From assembly GCA_049967855.1 (NCBI GenBank), contig JBMFRX010000005.1:1-64000 (forward strand): a stretch of 64,000 nt of DNA, written 5' to 3'. Position 1 is the stretch's first letter. Every line of letters starts with the position of its first letter. Under the pieces are notes generated by a model. The model had not been told where the DNA came from. It saw nothing but the letters and a program-made list of their open reading frames with translations, and made no database searches. Both the position numbers and the translations under genes were made by a program. The stretch comes from Caldisericaceae bacterium. Its GTDB lineage: Bacteria > Caldisericota > Caldisericia > Caldisericales > Caldisericaceae. This document shows, in pieces, positions 18,127 to 28,719 of this stretch.

Positions 18127-18823
18127 CATCATCCGACGATTCTTCAACTGCTGAAGATTCAAGAGCTCCAACAACCACAATCACCTCGCCTTTGAGAGTT
18201 CGATTGGCTAGTTCTGCAAGGACGGTGCTTGTTTTTCCTCTGATGACCTCTTCGTAGATTTTGGTAAGCTCTCTTGCAATTGCAACAGGCCTGTCACCAA
18301 GTTCTGTTAAGATATCCTCCAAAATACTTTTCACTCGATACGGTGATTCAAAGAAAATGATTGGTCCGTAAAACCATTTTAGGTCGCTTATGATTTTGCG
18401 CCGTTTGCCAGTTTTTCGCGGGAGAAAGCCGTAGAAAAGGAACTTATCTGTGGGAAAACCTGAAAGGAGAAGTGCAGGGACAAATGAAGTTGGTCCAGGA
18501 AGTGCCTCCACCTTAATACCATTGGCTATACACTCTCTTATTAAAAGATATCCTGGGTCAGAAATGCCAGGAGTGCCTGCATCAGTCACGAGTGCCATAT
18601 TTTTGCCACTCAAAAGCTCTTGGACAATTCTTTTGAGTTTTGCTTCTTTTGTATATGAATGAAAGCTTATTACGGGAGTAGAAATTTCGTATTTGTTTAA
18701 CAAATTCCTGGTTACTCGAGTATCCTCTGCAAGAATTGAATCGCAGGATTTCAGGATATCGAGTACTCTGAGCGTTATGTCTCTAAGATTGCCAATTGGA
18801 GTAGGGCATATATAAAGGCTCAT
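18113..18823 (-). CDS. rsmI: 16S rRNA C1402 2'-O-methyltransferase
   Basis: PTPIGNLRDIT, AEDTR, DAGTPGISDPG, ARELTK. Confidence 0.97.
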   Translation of the reverse strand: MSLYICPTPIGNLRDITLRVLDILKSCDSILAEDTRVTRNLLNKYEISTPVISFHSYTKEAKLKRIVQELLSGKNMALVTDAGTPGISDPGYLLIRECIANGIKVEALPGPTSFVPALLLSGFPTDKFLFYGFLPRKTGKRRKIISDLKWFYGPIIFFESPYRVKSILEDILTELGDRPVAIARELTKIYEEVIRGKTSTVLAELANRTLKGEVIVVVGALESSAVEESSDDVDSL

Positions 18824-18828
18824 TTATT

Positions 18829-20754
18829 TTAGCCAGAAATTTCGAAAACCTCAATTTCATCTCCAACTTTTATATCATTAAAGTTCTTAAGGCCAATTCC
18901 GCATTCATATCCTTTGGCAACTTCTTTTGCATCCTCTTTAAAACGCTTTAGAGAAGAAATCTCAGTGGAATAAATAACTGCGTTGTTACGCAGAACCTTG
19001 GCTTTGGAATCTCTGATGACTTTTCCTTCTTCAACATAACAGCCAGCAATGGTGCCGACACCACTTACTTTGAAAACCTGCCTTACAAGTGCTTTGCCAA
19101 GGAAAACTTCTTTCTTCTCGACGGTTTGCATTCCTTTGAGTACTCTTTCGAGTTCGTCTGTCAGTTCAAAGATGATGTCATAAGTTTTTATATCAATTCC
19201 ACGTGAATTTGCCTCAAGCTTGGCCTCACTAGTCGCCCTTACGTTGAAGCCAAGGATAAAAGCCTTTGAAGCACTTGCGAGCAATACATCTCCCTTGACT
19301 ATCCCGCCGATGCCTTCGTGTATTACTTCAAGCGGCACAGGCGATTTGATTTCATGCACTGCCCTCTTGACTGCTTCCATCGTGCCCTGAGTGTCAGACC
19401 TCAAAACGACAAATAGCTTCTTTTCTTCCCTTTGAGACATTTCCTTTAGCAGTTCTTCAAGCGAGAGGTTGGGAACTGCAGCTGCAGAAAGATGAGAGCT
19501 TGATTCTGCTTCAAGTCTTTTTTCTTCTTCTTTGTACTCCGTTAAATCATTCAATTGATAGAAAATTTCTCCTGCTTCAGGGATAGTGGAAAGGCCTCCA
19601 ACTTCAATTGCGCTTACAGCTTCAGCTTTATCAATTTTCTTGCCAAAGGTGTCATTTATGAATCTTATTTTTCCAAGAGTACTGCTCACACGTATGTAAT
19701 CGCCAACTTTTAGCGTTCCTGTCTGAACAATTAATGTTGCAAGAGGGCCGCTGTTTTTATCTACTCTTGATTCAATTACAGTGCCTGAAGCAATTGTTTT
19801 TGGGTCTGTTTTTAGTTCGAGAAGCTCTGCCTGAAGAAGTATCATCTCCAAAAGCTCGTTTACGCCTGTTCCTTTTTTGGCTGAAACAGATACATAAATT
19901 GTTTGTCCGCCCCAATCTTCTGGCAATAAACCTCTATCGGCAAGTTGCTGCTTAACCATTTCAGGATCGGCTCCTGGTTTGTCAATTTTGTTGATGGCTA
20001 CGATGATAGGAACTTTTGCAGCTCTTGCATGATTGAGCGATTCGATTGTTTGCTCTTTAATTCCTTCATCTGCGGCAACGACAAGGATTACAATATCTGT
20101 AACAACCGAACCTCTCAGTCGCATCTCAGTAAAAGCCTCGTGTCCTGGAGTATCTATGAATATAAGTTTTTCGTTGTTGAAGTAGACAGTTGAAGCACCA
20201 ATTGCCTGGGTAATCTGTCCCTTTTCCTTATCGGCAACAGAGGTTTTTCTTATTGTATCAAGCAGAGTTGTCTTACCGTGGTCAACGTGTCCCATTACCG
20301 TTACAACAGGTCCTCTTTTCACAAATCGAGAAGAAAACTTTTCGTTCTTGAATTGAGGAACATCTGCGCCAAACTCATAAAGAAGGTAGTGAACTTCATC
20401 TTTTGAGAGTTTGAGAGACGGCTTGAACGGAAGCCCAAGCTTCATTATTCTTGCTCTCACTTCCTCAAATGGAATTGAATATTTCTTTGCAAAGTCGCCT
20501 ATGGTTATGTTTTGAGCGATTTTTGAAGACCGTTTCTCTTCCTCTTCTTTCTTTGTTCTGAGGTCTTTTACATACTCGGTTACAAGTTCTATTGTATCGT
20601 TATCCACAACGGAAAGGTTGCCTTTGCCTTTCATTCCGAGATCTTCCATAATTTCAATCAGCTTCAATGATTTTATTCCGAGTTCTTTTGCAAGTTCATA
20701 AACTCGTATCTTTGTTTCAACTGTTTTCTTTCCAGTATTACTTTCCTTCTTCAA
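18829..20754 (-). CDS. infB: translation initiation factor IF-2
   Basis: [22 protein letters not shown]; probable TTG start at 20754. Confidence 0.97.
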   Translation of the reverse strand: MKKESNTGKKTVETKIRVYELAKELGIKSLKLIEIMEDLGMKGKGNLSVVDNDTIELVTEYVKDLRTKKEEEEKRSSKIAQNITIGDFAKKYSIPFEEVRARIMKLGLPFKPSLKLSKDEVHYLLYEFGADVPQFKNEKFSSRFVKRGPVVTVMGHVDHGKTTLLDTIRKTSVADKEKGQITQAIGASTVYFNNEKLIFIDTPGHEAFTEMRLRGSVVTDIVILVVAADEGIKEQTIESLNHARAAKVPIIVAINKIDKPGADPEMVKQQLADRGLLPEDWGGQTIYVSVSAKKGTGVNELLEMILLQAELLELKTDPKTIASGTVIESRVDKNSGPLATLIVQTGTLKVGDYIRVSSTLGKIRFINDTFGKKIDKAEAVSAIEVGGLSTIPEAGEIFYQLNDLTEYKEEEKRLEAESSSHLSAAAVPNLSLEELLKEMSQREEKKLFVVLRSDTQGTMEAVKRAVHEIKSPVPLEVIHEGIGGIVKGDVLLASASKAFILGFNVRATSEAKLEANSRGIDIKTYDIIFELTDELERVLKGMQTVEKKEVFLGKALVRQVFKVSGVGTIAGCYVEEGKVIRDSKAKVLRNNAVIYSTEISSLKRFKEDAKEVAKGYECGIGLKNFNDIKVGDEIEVFEISG

Positions 20755-21793
20755 TGTGCTCACCTTCCTCACTTGCTTCAAATAGATGGATAAAGTAGCC
20801 TGTCAATTTTGAGGCAAGCATCACGTTGATTCCATCGATTCCAAGGGCGATAGGATATTCACTCTTGGCAACAAAAACGTTTGCCCCTTTACCATCTGCC
20901 AACAACTCAACTCGCTTCACCTTTCCAGGACTCATTGCATTTTCAATGTACAGAGCAGGATTGCTATTCCATCGTATAATGTCTATTCTCTCATAATTTA
21001 TTTCTCGCGACACGCTGTTTATCCTTACGCCTTTCTGTCCGATGCAGGCACCAACAGGGTCAATGTGAATGTCTTTTGCAGCTACGGCAATTTTCGCCCT
21101 AATTCCAGGTTCTCTAACGATTCCCTTAACATCAACCAATTTGTCTTCAACTTCAGGAATCTCAAGCTCAAGAAGCTTTTCTAAGAATTCCGAGGATGCT
21201 CGAGACAGAACAACAATTGGCCCACCATCTGACATCTTCACTTCTTTTATGTATGCCTTTATTATTTTTTCTCTAAAAATTCTCTCATTGGGAATTTGCT
21301 CTTCAGGAGGAATTATTCCCTCAATGTTATAGGGTTCAATGTTAACTCCAATATTGCCTCTGCCCTTTATCCTGGTGACTCTGCCGTTAACAATATCTCC
21401 AACTTTACCTGTGAACACGTTGTAAGTTATTTCGCGCTTTTTGTCAAGAATTTTTTGTTGAAATACTTGCTTTGCAGTCATTATTGCGGCTGAGGATAGA
21501 GATTTGAGAGGAATCTCAATCAGAATAGTTGCGCCGATTTCTGGTGACTCCGAGAAGTTCAAAGCTTCTTTCAAGCTTATTTCAAGGTTTGGGTTTGTAA
21601 CTTTGTCCACGATAGTTTTCTCGGCGTAAAGTCTCACGTCTCCCTTGGCAAGATTAACTTTGACAACAGCATTTGTTTCGTTGAACGTTTTCTCGTAGGC
21701 CGCTTTTAAGGTTGCATCTACGGCTTCAATTAGGTACTCTTTGGAGATACCTTCTTCTTTCTCTATGCTTTTTAATACATCTATGTCAATCAT
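20738..21793 (-). CDS. nusA: transcription factor NusA
   Basis: LEIPEV, REPGIRAKIAV, DPVGACIG. Confidence 0.96.
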   Translation of the reverse strand: MIDIDVLKSIEKEEGISKEYLIEAVDATLKAAYEKTFNETNAVVKVNLAKGDVRLYAEKTIVDKVTNPNLEISLKEALNFSESPEIGATILIEIPLKSLSSAAIMTAKQVFQQKILDKKREITYNVFTGKVGDIVNGRVTRIKGRGNIGVNIEPYNIEGIIPPEEQIPNERIFREKIIKAYIKEVKMSDGGPIVVLSRASSEFLEKLLELEIPEVEDKLVDVKGIVREPGIRAKIAVAAKDIHIDPVGACIGQKGVRINSVSREINYERIDIIRWNSNPALYIENAMSPGKVKRVELLADGKGANVFVAKSEYPIALGIDGINVMLASKLTGYFIHLFEASEEGEHIEEGK

Positions 21794-22245
21794 TTTTTGC
21801 CACCTTTTCTTTCGCTGAATTCTTTAACATAAAGAGAAACCTTGTTTATATCATTGAAAGGAATCTCTTTAACCCCCGAATCTGTCTCAAACTTAACGCT
21901 TTCACCAAAGTTACCCAGCAGTTTTCCTATTTCGGTTGTAGTTTTACCATCATTTGAATAAACTATCTTCGCATCTTTGCCAGCAAAAATGTCAATTTCT
22001 TCACGGCTCTTCAAAACTCTGTCAAGTCCAGCTGACAGGAACACGAGTTCATACTGTCCAGCAAAACCAAGTTTCTCAAGGTCTCTTGAAACATTATGAG
22101 TCAGAGTCTCCAAATCGCCAATAGAAATATTGCTGCCTGCTTTCGCAAGAACAGCTTCAATTTTCTCGCCCTGCACGCTGAACTCCAACAGAAGGAGTCC
22201 AAGCCTTTCGGCGTTTTCTTTAACAGCTTGTTTTATCTTATCCAT
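21790..22245 (-). CDS. rimP: ribosome maturation factor RimP
   Basis: Upstream of nusA; SAGLDRVL; start MDKIK after GGAGA. Confidence 0.85.
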   Translation of the reverse strand: MDKIKQAVKENAERLGLLLLEFSVQGEKIEAVLAKAGSNISIGDLETLTHNVSRDLEKLGFAGQYELVFLSAGLDRVLKSREEIDIFAGKDAKIVYSNDGKTTTEIGKLLGNFGESVKFETDSGVKEIPFNDINKVSLYVKEFSERKGGKK

Positions 22246-22254
22246 ATCTCCATC

Positions 22255-22287
22255 AAAACAAAATGTGGGTTTTCCTACCCACATTTT
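22255..22287 (-). promoter_or_regulatory. rimP leader hairpin (terminator-like attenuator)
   Basis: AAAATGTGGGT-loop-ACCCACATTTT 11-bp stem followed by GTTTT, between the promoter and the rimP start. Confidence 0.7.
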
Positions 22288-22307
22288 CACATAAAATCAC
22301 CTGATAT

Positions 22308-22335
22308 ATTGTAAAGGAAAATTCATTTTTTGCAA
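22308..22335 (-). promoter_or_regulatory. promoter TTGCAA-N16-TACAAT for the rimP operon
   Basis: -35 at 22330-22335 and -10 at 22308-22313. Confidence 0.6.
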
Positions 22336-22392
22336 ACTTTTTTTGTAAGAAACATGACTACTGGAAAGAAATTAGTTTTTTAAATAATTGCC

Positions 22393-22422
22393 TGGAACTT
22401 TTCTAAGTTTCTGTGAGTCTAA
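22393..22422 (+). promoter_or_regulatory. ECF-type promoter GGAACTT-N16-GTCTAA
   Basis: Close to the RpoE-type consensus; just upstream of the AAGGAGG RBS of the DUF4349 gene. Confidence 0.65.
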
Positions 22423-22440
22423 ATAGCAAGGAGGAAGAAG

Positions 22441-23370
22441 ATGAACATAAAACTCAGTAAAAGCAAAATAATTGTCGTCATCATTATTATGATGGTTTTG
22501 GGCACTGCAGGGACGTATCTTGTGTTGTTCAGTAAAGGCGCTGCTCAGAAACTAACGCCAGGTTTTGTTGATAAGAGCTTTGTAAGCAGTTCTCCTGGAG
22601 TATATACTGCCGCAAGTGGGGTTTCGACAGAGACAAGCCCACGATTAGGCGATTCAAGTGCGACTTAAATGGCTGGTCAGCCAGCAATCTCTGATTTGTC
22701 TTCGCAATTCGGCTTGAAAATAATCAAAAATGGAAACCTTGACTTGCTTGTTGAAAAGGGTAAATTTACAGAGGTTTTTAATAAAATTGCATCTGTCACC
22801 AATTCCTTCTCTGGCAACGTGACAAATTCAAACTACACAAAAGACAACGAAAATTACTATGGCACCGTAACGGTAATCATCCCCACAAAGGATTTTGACC
22901 AATTTGTTCAGAGTATTTCTGCGCTCGGCGAAGTCCTAACATTCAACGTAAATTCTGCTGATGTCACAGGGGAGTATGTTGACCTCAACTCAAAGCTCAA
23001 GGTCCTGAACGAACAAAATGATTTGTTGCTTTCGTGGTTGAAAGATGCAAAGAGTCTCCAGGATATGATCACTCTGAGGAATGAAATTCAGAACGTTCAA
23101 ACTGAAATTGAAACAACAAAAGGAAGGCTGAACTACATTTCTTTTCACACTGACTTTTCTTCTATTTCAGTAAACCTAAGTGAGGTTAACAAAACTCCTT
23201 TGCAGCCATCAGAATGGACTTTCATTGTTGATGCCCTCAGAAACTCTCTTTATTATCTTGTAAAATCCTTTTTTGCTCTCTTGGTTTTCATACTGGTAAC
23301 CTTTCCCTGGGGACTGCTTGCCTTTGGCGTTTACAAACTTATAAGCAAGGGAAGAAAGACACCTTCTTAG
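22441..23370 (+). pseudogene. DUF4349 membrane protein interrupted by an in-frame TAA at 22666-22668
   Basis: 75-aa TM plus linker ORF followed in the same frame by the DUF4349 domain (DVTGEYVDL...EIETTKGRLNY) and a C-terminal TM; no RBS before the second ATG. Confidence 0.6.
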
Positions 23371-23544
23371 GATATTTGTTGTACTGTTGGAAGTGGTCCA
23401 AACAAAATCAAGCTTGGCACTTTAGGATAGTTTTCGAAAGTATGTTCTAAAAAGACAAAATGGCTGGATGCGTTTTTAAACGAAGTTCTGAGCTTGGGTT
23501 TAAGGCAGGTCAAGCACCAGGTTGTAAATTTCACGTACAAGCTA

Positions 23545-23572
23545 TTGACTTTTGGTGTATTTTTGCTAAAAT
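23545..23572 (+). promoter_or_regulatory. promoter TTGACT-N16-TAAAAT (with TGn) for the regulator-acn-icd-acl operon
   Basis: -35 at 23545-23550 and -10 at 23567-23572. Confidence 0.65.
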
Positions 23573-23616
23573 CAAGATGCAATAAAAAATTTTAAACGAT
23601 ATTCAAAAATTTTGAA

Positions 23617-24294
23617 ATGTTTAAAAAAAATGATGCACGCACAATAGAATCACTGAAAAATGTTGTTAAGGGCCTGGCCGCGTTTCTAGGAGACGATGCG
23701 GAAGTAGTATTACATTCACTTGAAGATATGAACCATTCGATTGTGGCAATAGAAAACGGGCATATAACAGGAAGAGTCGTTGGGTCTTCACTTACTGACG
23801 CAGGCAGGAAAATCATAAAGGATGTGAACATCAACGATAAGCCCTTTATCGGTCCTTACAGAAGTATTTCACCAACAGGCAAAATCTTAAGGTCTGTCAC
23901 CATTCCTATCAAGAACCCAGAGAAAGAGGTGATAGGTTTCATATGTATCAATATGGACATAGCCAAATTCCTGCAGCTTGAGAAACTTGTGAGCGACTTT
24001 ACAGAGTTTTCGAGAGAGAAGATATCAAATGGAGATCTTGAGAAGACAGGCGACAACATAGAACTTGAAGACCTTCGCAGGAAAATATTTGAAGAAGTTT
24101 TAGTGAAGAGCGGAGCCAAAGGTGAAATCCCTTTGAAAGAACGCAACAAATTCATCATAGAAGAACTCTACAGGAGAGACTTTTTTAGAGTAAAAGATTC
24201 GATTGATTTTGTAGCTCAAAAGCTTGGCGTGTCAATTTTCACTGTCTATAACTATTTAAGGGAATTGAAATTCGAAAAAAACGAAAGGAGGTAG
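23617..24294 (+). CDS. YheO/DauR-like PAS + HTH transcriptional regulator
   Basis: EVVLHSL...SIVAIENGHITGRVVG, GFICINMD, VAQKLGVSIFTVYNYL. Confidence 0.92.
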   Translation: MFKKNDARTIESLKNVVKGLAAFLGDDAEVVLHSLEDMNHSIVAIENGHITGRVVGSSLTDAGRKIIKDVNINDKPFIGPYRSISPTGKILRSVTIPIKNPEKEVIGFICINMDIAKFLQLEKLVSDFTEFSREKISNGDLEKTGDNIELEDLRRKIFEEVLVKSGAKGEIPLKERNKFIIEELYRRDFFRVKDSIDFVAQKLGVSIFTVYNYLRELKFEKNERR

Positions 24295-24296
24295 TT

Positions 24297-26258
24297 ATGG
24301 GTAAGAACATTATTGAAAAAATCCTTGACAGTCACATTGTCGAAGGATTGCCCCAAAAGGGAGAGGAAGTTGGTATCAAGGTTGACCAGACTCTGACTCA
24401 GGATGCAACTGGTACTGCTGCTTATCTTGAGTTTGAGGCGATTGGATTTACTGAAGTCAAAACAGAAGCTGTAAGTTACGTTGACCACAACACTGTACAG
24501 GTAGGCTTTGAAAATGCTGACGACCACAAATACCTGCGAACTGTTGCCGAAAAGTACGGGATTACTTTTTCACGGCCAGGCAATGGTATCTGCCATCAAG
24601 TGCATCTGGAGAGGTTTGCAAAACCAGGGAAAGTGCTTATTGGTTCAGACAGCCACACTCCCACTGCTGGAGGCGTAGGTTCACTTGCAATAGGAGTTGG
24701 CGGACTCGATGTTGCTGTGGCAATGGGCGGTGGTCCATTCTATCTTAACTATCCAAAGGTTATCAAAATCAACCTTAAGGGACATTTGCAACCTTGGGTT
24801 TCTGCGAAGGACGTGATTCTGAAAGTGCTTGAGGTGCTTACGACAAAAGGAAATGTGGGCTATGCAATTGAGTATGCTGGAGAAGGTGTCAAAACGCTTA
24901 GCGTTCCAGACAGAGCAACTATTACCAATATGGGAGCTGAAACAGGTGTAACAACTTCGGTTTTTCCATCAGACGAGATAACAAAAGATTTTCTCAGGAA
25001 GGAAAATCGCGAAGAGGATTGGATTCTGCTTGAGCCAGATTCTGACGCAACGTATGACAAGGTGATTGAGTTAGACCTTTCAGAGATTGAACCAATGGTT
25101 GCCCTTCCGCATTCTCCAGACAACGTGAAAAAAGTAAGTGAAGTTGAAGGGACAAAAGTGAACCAGGTAGCCGTGGGAAGTTGCACTAACTCTTCCTACA
25201 GAGACCTTATGACTGTCGCTAACATTCTGAGAGGGAGAGTGGCTTACAAGGACCTTGAGTTTGGAGTCGCACCAGGGTCAAGGCAGGTAATTGAAATGAT
25301 TACCGAAAATGGCGGAATGGATGCTCTTGTTAAAGCTGGCGCAAGGATAATGGAAACTGCTTGTGGTTTTTGCATTGGTAATAGTTTCTCTCCAGGAAGC
25401 GGCGAGGTATCACTGAGAACAAATAACAGGAACTTTAAGGGACGCAGTGGAACGGCGGATGCAAACGTCTACCTTGTGAGCCCAGAGACAGCAGCTGCCG
25501 CAGTTATAACAGGAGAGATTACTGACCCAAGAAAATTAGGAGAAATGGGCATAAAATATGAGGACATTAAGCTCCCCGATAGGTTTATAAAGGATGATTC
25601 TATGTATATCTTCCCGTTGCCAAAGGAAGAACGTGAGAAAGTGACAGTGTTTAGCGGGCCAAATATTCAACCTATACCAAAGAATGATCCACTTCCTGAG
25701 TCTTTGAAGGGCTATGCAACTATTAAAGTTGGTGACAAAATTACTACAGATCACATAATGCCTGCAGGGCAATATTTGAAGTACCGTTCGAACATTCCCA
25801 AGTATGCAGAACATGTTTTTGAACCAGTTGACCCGACATTTGCAAATAGAGCGCTTGAAAACAAGCAGAAAGGGTTTGCTAATTTTGTAATAGCTGGTGA
25901 AAGCTATGGTCAGGGGTCGTCAAGAGAGCATGCTGCGCTTTGTCCAATGTATCTTGGAGTGAAAGCAGTCATAGCTAAAACGATCGAAAGGATACATCTT
26001 GCAAACCTCGCTAATTTTGGCATTGTTCCGCTTCAGTTTGTCAATCCTTCAGACTATGATTTTGTTGAACAGGGCGACGAAATCGAGATTCCTGATATAA
26101 CAAAGAGCCTTGAAGATAAGAAAGAAGAAATTGTGGCTTTTGACAAGACAAAAAATAGAGAAATGAAGCTTAAAGTTATGTTGACTGAAAGACAGATCAA
26201 TTTCGTTTTAGCAGGAGGGCTATTGCCCTATACAGGAAAGATAGGAGGCAAGGAATGA
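24297..26258 (+). CDS. aconitate hydratase
   Basis: [19 protein letters not shown], FeS ligands GSCTN and CGFCIG, TTDHI, GSSRE. Confidence 0.95.
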   Translation: MGKNIIEKILDSHIVEGLPQKGEEVGIKVDQTLTQDATGTAAYLEFEAIGFTEVKTEAVSYVDHNTVQVGFENADDHKYLRTVAEKYGITFSRPGNGICHQVHLERFAKPGKVLIGSDSHTPTAGGVGSLAIGVGGLDVAVAMGGGPFYLNYPKVIKINLKGHLQPWVSAKDVILKVLEVLTTKGNVGYAIEYAGEGVKTLSVPDRATITNMGAETGVTTSVFPSDEITKDFLRKENREEDWILLEPDSDATYDKVIELDLSEIEPMVALPHSPDNVKKVSEVEGTKVNQVAVGSCTNSSYRDLMTVANILRGRVAYKDLEFGVAPGSRQVIEMITENGGMDALVKAGARIMETACGFCIGNSFSPGSGEVSLRTNNRNFKGRSGTADANVYLVSPETAAAAVITGEITDPRKLGEMGIKYEDIKLPDRFIKDDSMYIFPLPKEEREKVTVFSGPNIQPIPKNDPLPESLKGYATIKVGDKITTDHIMPAGQYLKYRSNIPKYAEHVFEPVDPTFANRALENKQKGFANFVIAGESYGQGSSREHAALCPMYLGVKAVIAKTIERIHLANLANFGIVPLQFVNPSDYDFVEQGDEIEIPDITKSLEDKKEEIVAFDKTKNREMKLKVMLTERQINFVLAGGLLPYTGKIGGKE

Positions 26259-27475
26259 AAATTACAGTAGAAAACGGGAAAATGAATGTTCCCGACAACC
26301 CAACGATTCCTTACATCATTGGTGATGGCATTGGAATCGACATTACTCCAGTAGCATTAAAGGTTTTTGATGCTGCCGTTGAGAAGGCCTATGGTGGTAA
26401 GCGCAAAGTCGAGTGGATGAAAGTGCTTGCAGGGCAAGAGGCAATTGACAAAACAGGAGAACTTCTCCCGAAGGAAACACTTGATGCAATCAAAGATTAC
26501 GTCATTTCAATTAAAGGTCCTCTTGAAACGCCAATAGGGAAAGGTTTCAGGTCGCTGAACGTCACACTCAGGCAAACACTTGATCTTTTTGTCTGCTTCA
26601 GACCCGTGAAGTACATCAAAGGAGTTCCATCTCCTATGAAGGAGCCAGAGCTTGTTGATGTTATGGTGTTCAGAGAAAATACCGAGGATGTCTATGCTGG
26701 CATAGAGTGGCCTGCGAATTCTGATAAAGCAAGAGAAGTAATTAATTTTTTGAAGGAAAAGATGGGGGTAAACATCCGAGAAGACTCAGGAATTGGTATA
26801 AAACCTATAAGCATAACTGGTTCACGGAGAATTGGCAAGGCTGCCATAGATTATGCGCTTGAGCATGGAAGAAAATCAGTGACTATTATGCACAAGGGAA
26901 ATATTATGAAATACACCGAAGGGCTCTTCCAGGCAGAGATTTATAAACTTGCAGAAGAACAATACAAAGACAGAGTTATCACCGAGGAGGAAGTCAATGA
27001 AAAATATGGAGGAAAAGTTCCTCAAGGTATGCTGATTCTCAAACACAGAATTGCCGACTCAATGTTCCAGCAGATGATTTTAAGGCCTGACGAATATGAT
27101 GTAATAGTTACGCCAAATCTCAACGGAGATTACATTTCAGATGCAGTTGCTGCGCAGGTTGGAGGAATTGGCATTGCCCCAGGAGCAAATATCAACTTCG
27201 AGAACAAGATTGCACTCTTTGAGGCAACTCACGGCACTTCCCCGAAGCATGCAGGTAAGAACGAAGTCAACCCTGGTTCGATAATTCTTTCAGGAGCGGA
27301 AATGTTCGAATATATGGGATGGAAGGAAGTAAAACAAATGATTCTTAACTCCATCGAAAAAACAGTCCTTGAAAAATACGTTACGTACGACTTTGCTCGT
27401 CTGATGGACGGAGCAACAAAAGTTTCAACTTCTGAGTTTGGTGACAGAATGATAAAGAATATGGAGGCAATTTAA
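26255..27475 (+). CDS. icd: isocitrate dehydrogenase (E. coli type)
   Basis: [40 protein letters not shown]. Confidence 0.96.
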   Translation: MKITVENGKMNVPDNPTIPYIIGDGIGIDITPVALKVFDAAVEKAYGGKRKVEWMKVLAGQEAIDKTGELLPKETLDAIKDYVISIKGPLETPIGKGFRSLNVTLRQTLDLFVCFRPVKYIKGVPSPMKEPELVDVMVFRENTEDVYAGIEWPANSDKAREVINFLKEKMGVNIREDSGIGIKPISITGSRRIGKAAIDYALEHGRKSVTIMHKGNIMKYTEGLFQAEIYKLAEEQYKDRVITEEEVNEKYGGKVPQGMLILKHRIADSMFQQMILRPDEYDVIVTPNLNGDYISDAVAAQVGGIGIAPGANINFENKIALFEATHGTSPKHAGKNEVNPGSIILSGAEMFEYMGWKEVKQMILNSIEKTVLEKYVTYDFARLMDGATKVSTSEFGDRMIKNMEAI

Positions 27476-28719
27476 TGGCTCAAAGAGGAATAAGAGAGTT
27501 CCATGCTAAGAAGTTTCTCTCTAAATTTTTTGAAGAGCATCCAGAATATGGTTTTAGCTATGACGGAAGAATAGTTCTTGTAACCCCAGAGTCAAACTTC
27601 GAAAAACTGGCTGAAGAAAATAGCTGGCTCAAGGAAGGAAGACTCGTAGCCAAGCCAGATATGCTCTTTGGAAAGAGAGGCAAACATGGTCTCGTCCTCC
27701 TCAATGCGACCTTTGATGAAGCAGTGAATTGGGTTCAAGAAAGGATGAATAAAGAAGTTCAGGTGGGTAAGACAAAAGGGGTTCTTACCCACTTTTTGAT
27801 TGAACCTTTTGTGCCTCATGAAAAGGAGTACTACGTCGCCATTAAGACAGAGGAAGAAGGCGACAGAATATATTTTTCAGACATAGGCGGAATAGACATT
27901 GAGGAAAATTGGGAACATGTTGAGGAATTTTTTGTACCGATTGAAGGCAAAATCGAACAAATGCATCTTGAGGGAATTGACCCCTTGATTGAATCTTTTA
28001 TTAAAGCTCTGTACAATTTCTTTGTGGAATACGATTTCACTTACCTTGAAATAAATCCTTTTGCAATAAACAATGGAAAAGTTGTGCCTCTTGATTTTGT
28101 TGCAAGACTTGACGACACTGCCTTATTCAAGGACAGCGTGAAATGGGGTGATGTAGAATTCCCAACACCTTTCGGAAGAAGTTTTACTAAAGAGGAACAA
28201 TACATAAGAAGCCTCGACGAGAAAACTGGGGCGTCGCTCAAACTTACAATTCTTAACCCTGACGGCCATGTATGGCTTATGGTTGCAGGCGGGGGAGCAA
28301 GTGTAATCTACACTGACACTGTTGTTGACCTTGGCTTTGGGCAGGAGCTGGCAAATTATGGAGAGTACTCTGGCGACCCAACTGAGCAAGAAACTTATGA
28401 ATATGCAAAGACGATACTTGACCTTATGACAAGGAATAAGGATGAGAAAGGAAAAGTTCTCATCATTGGTGGTGGGATTGCCAACTTTACGGATGTTGCA
28501 AAAACTTTCAAAGGAATAATAAGAGCTCTTACGGAGTACAAAGATAAGCTCAAAGAGAATAATGTGAAGATATTCGTTAGAAGAGGCGGCCCAAATTACA
28601 AAGAAGGGCTTAAGATGATGGAAAAGCTTGGTGCTGATATAGGCGTACCGATAGAAGTTTACGGACCAGACCTCCATATGACCCGCGTTGTCAAAATGGC
28701 GCTCGGAGGCGAAAAATGA
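27475..28719 (+). CDS. aclB: ATP citrate lyase, ATP-grasp/citrate-binding subunit
   Basis: KPDMLFGKRGK, MVAGGGAS, NYGEYSG, GGGIANFT, RRGGPNY. Confidence 0.93.
   Translation: MAQRGIREFHAKKFLSKFFEEHPEYGFSYDGRIVLVTPESNFEKLAEENSWLKEGRLVAKPDMLFGKRGKHGLVLLNATFDEAVNWVQERMNKEVQVGKTKGVLTHFLIEPFVPHEKEYYVAIKTEEEGDRIYFSDIGGIDIEENWEHVEEFFVPIEGKIEQMHLEGIDPLIESFIKALYNFFVEYDFTYLEINPFAINNGKVVPLDFVARLDDTALFKDSVKWGDVEFPTPFGRSFTKEEQYIRSLDEKTGASLKLTILNPDGHVWLMVAGGGASVIYTDTVVDLGFGQELANYGEYSGDPTEQETYEYAKTILDLMTRNKDEKGKVLIIGGGIANFTDVAKTFKGIIRALTEYKDKLKENNVKIFVRRGGPNYKEGLKMMEKLGADIGVPIEVYGPDLHMTRVVKMALGGEK

Noticed and set aside
23367..23582. 71-aa minus-strand ORF or riboswitch in the gap before the regulator
   Set aside because: No RBS or family motif, it overlaps the promoter, and I recognised no riboswitch consensus. 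An Rfam search would settle it.
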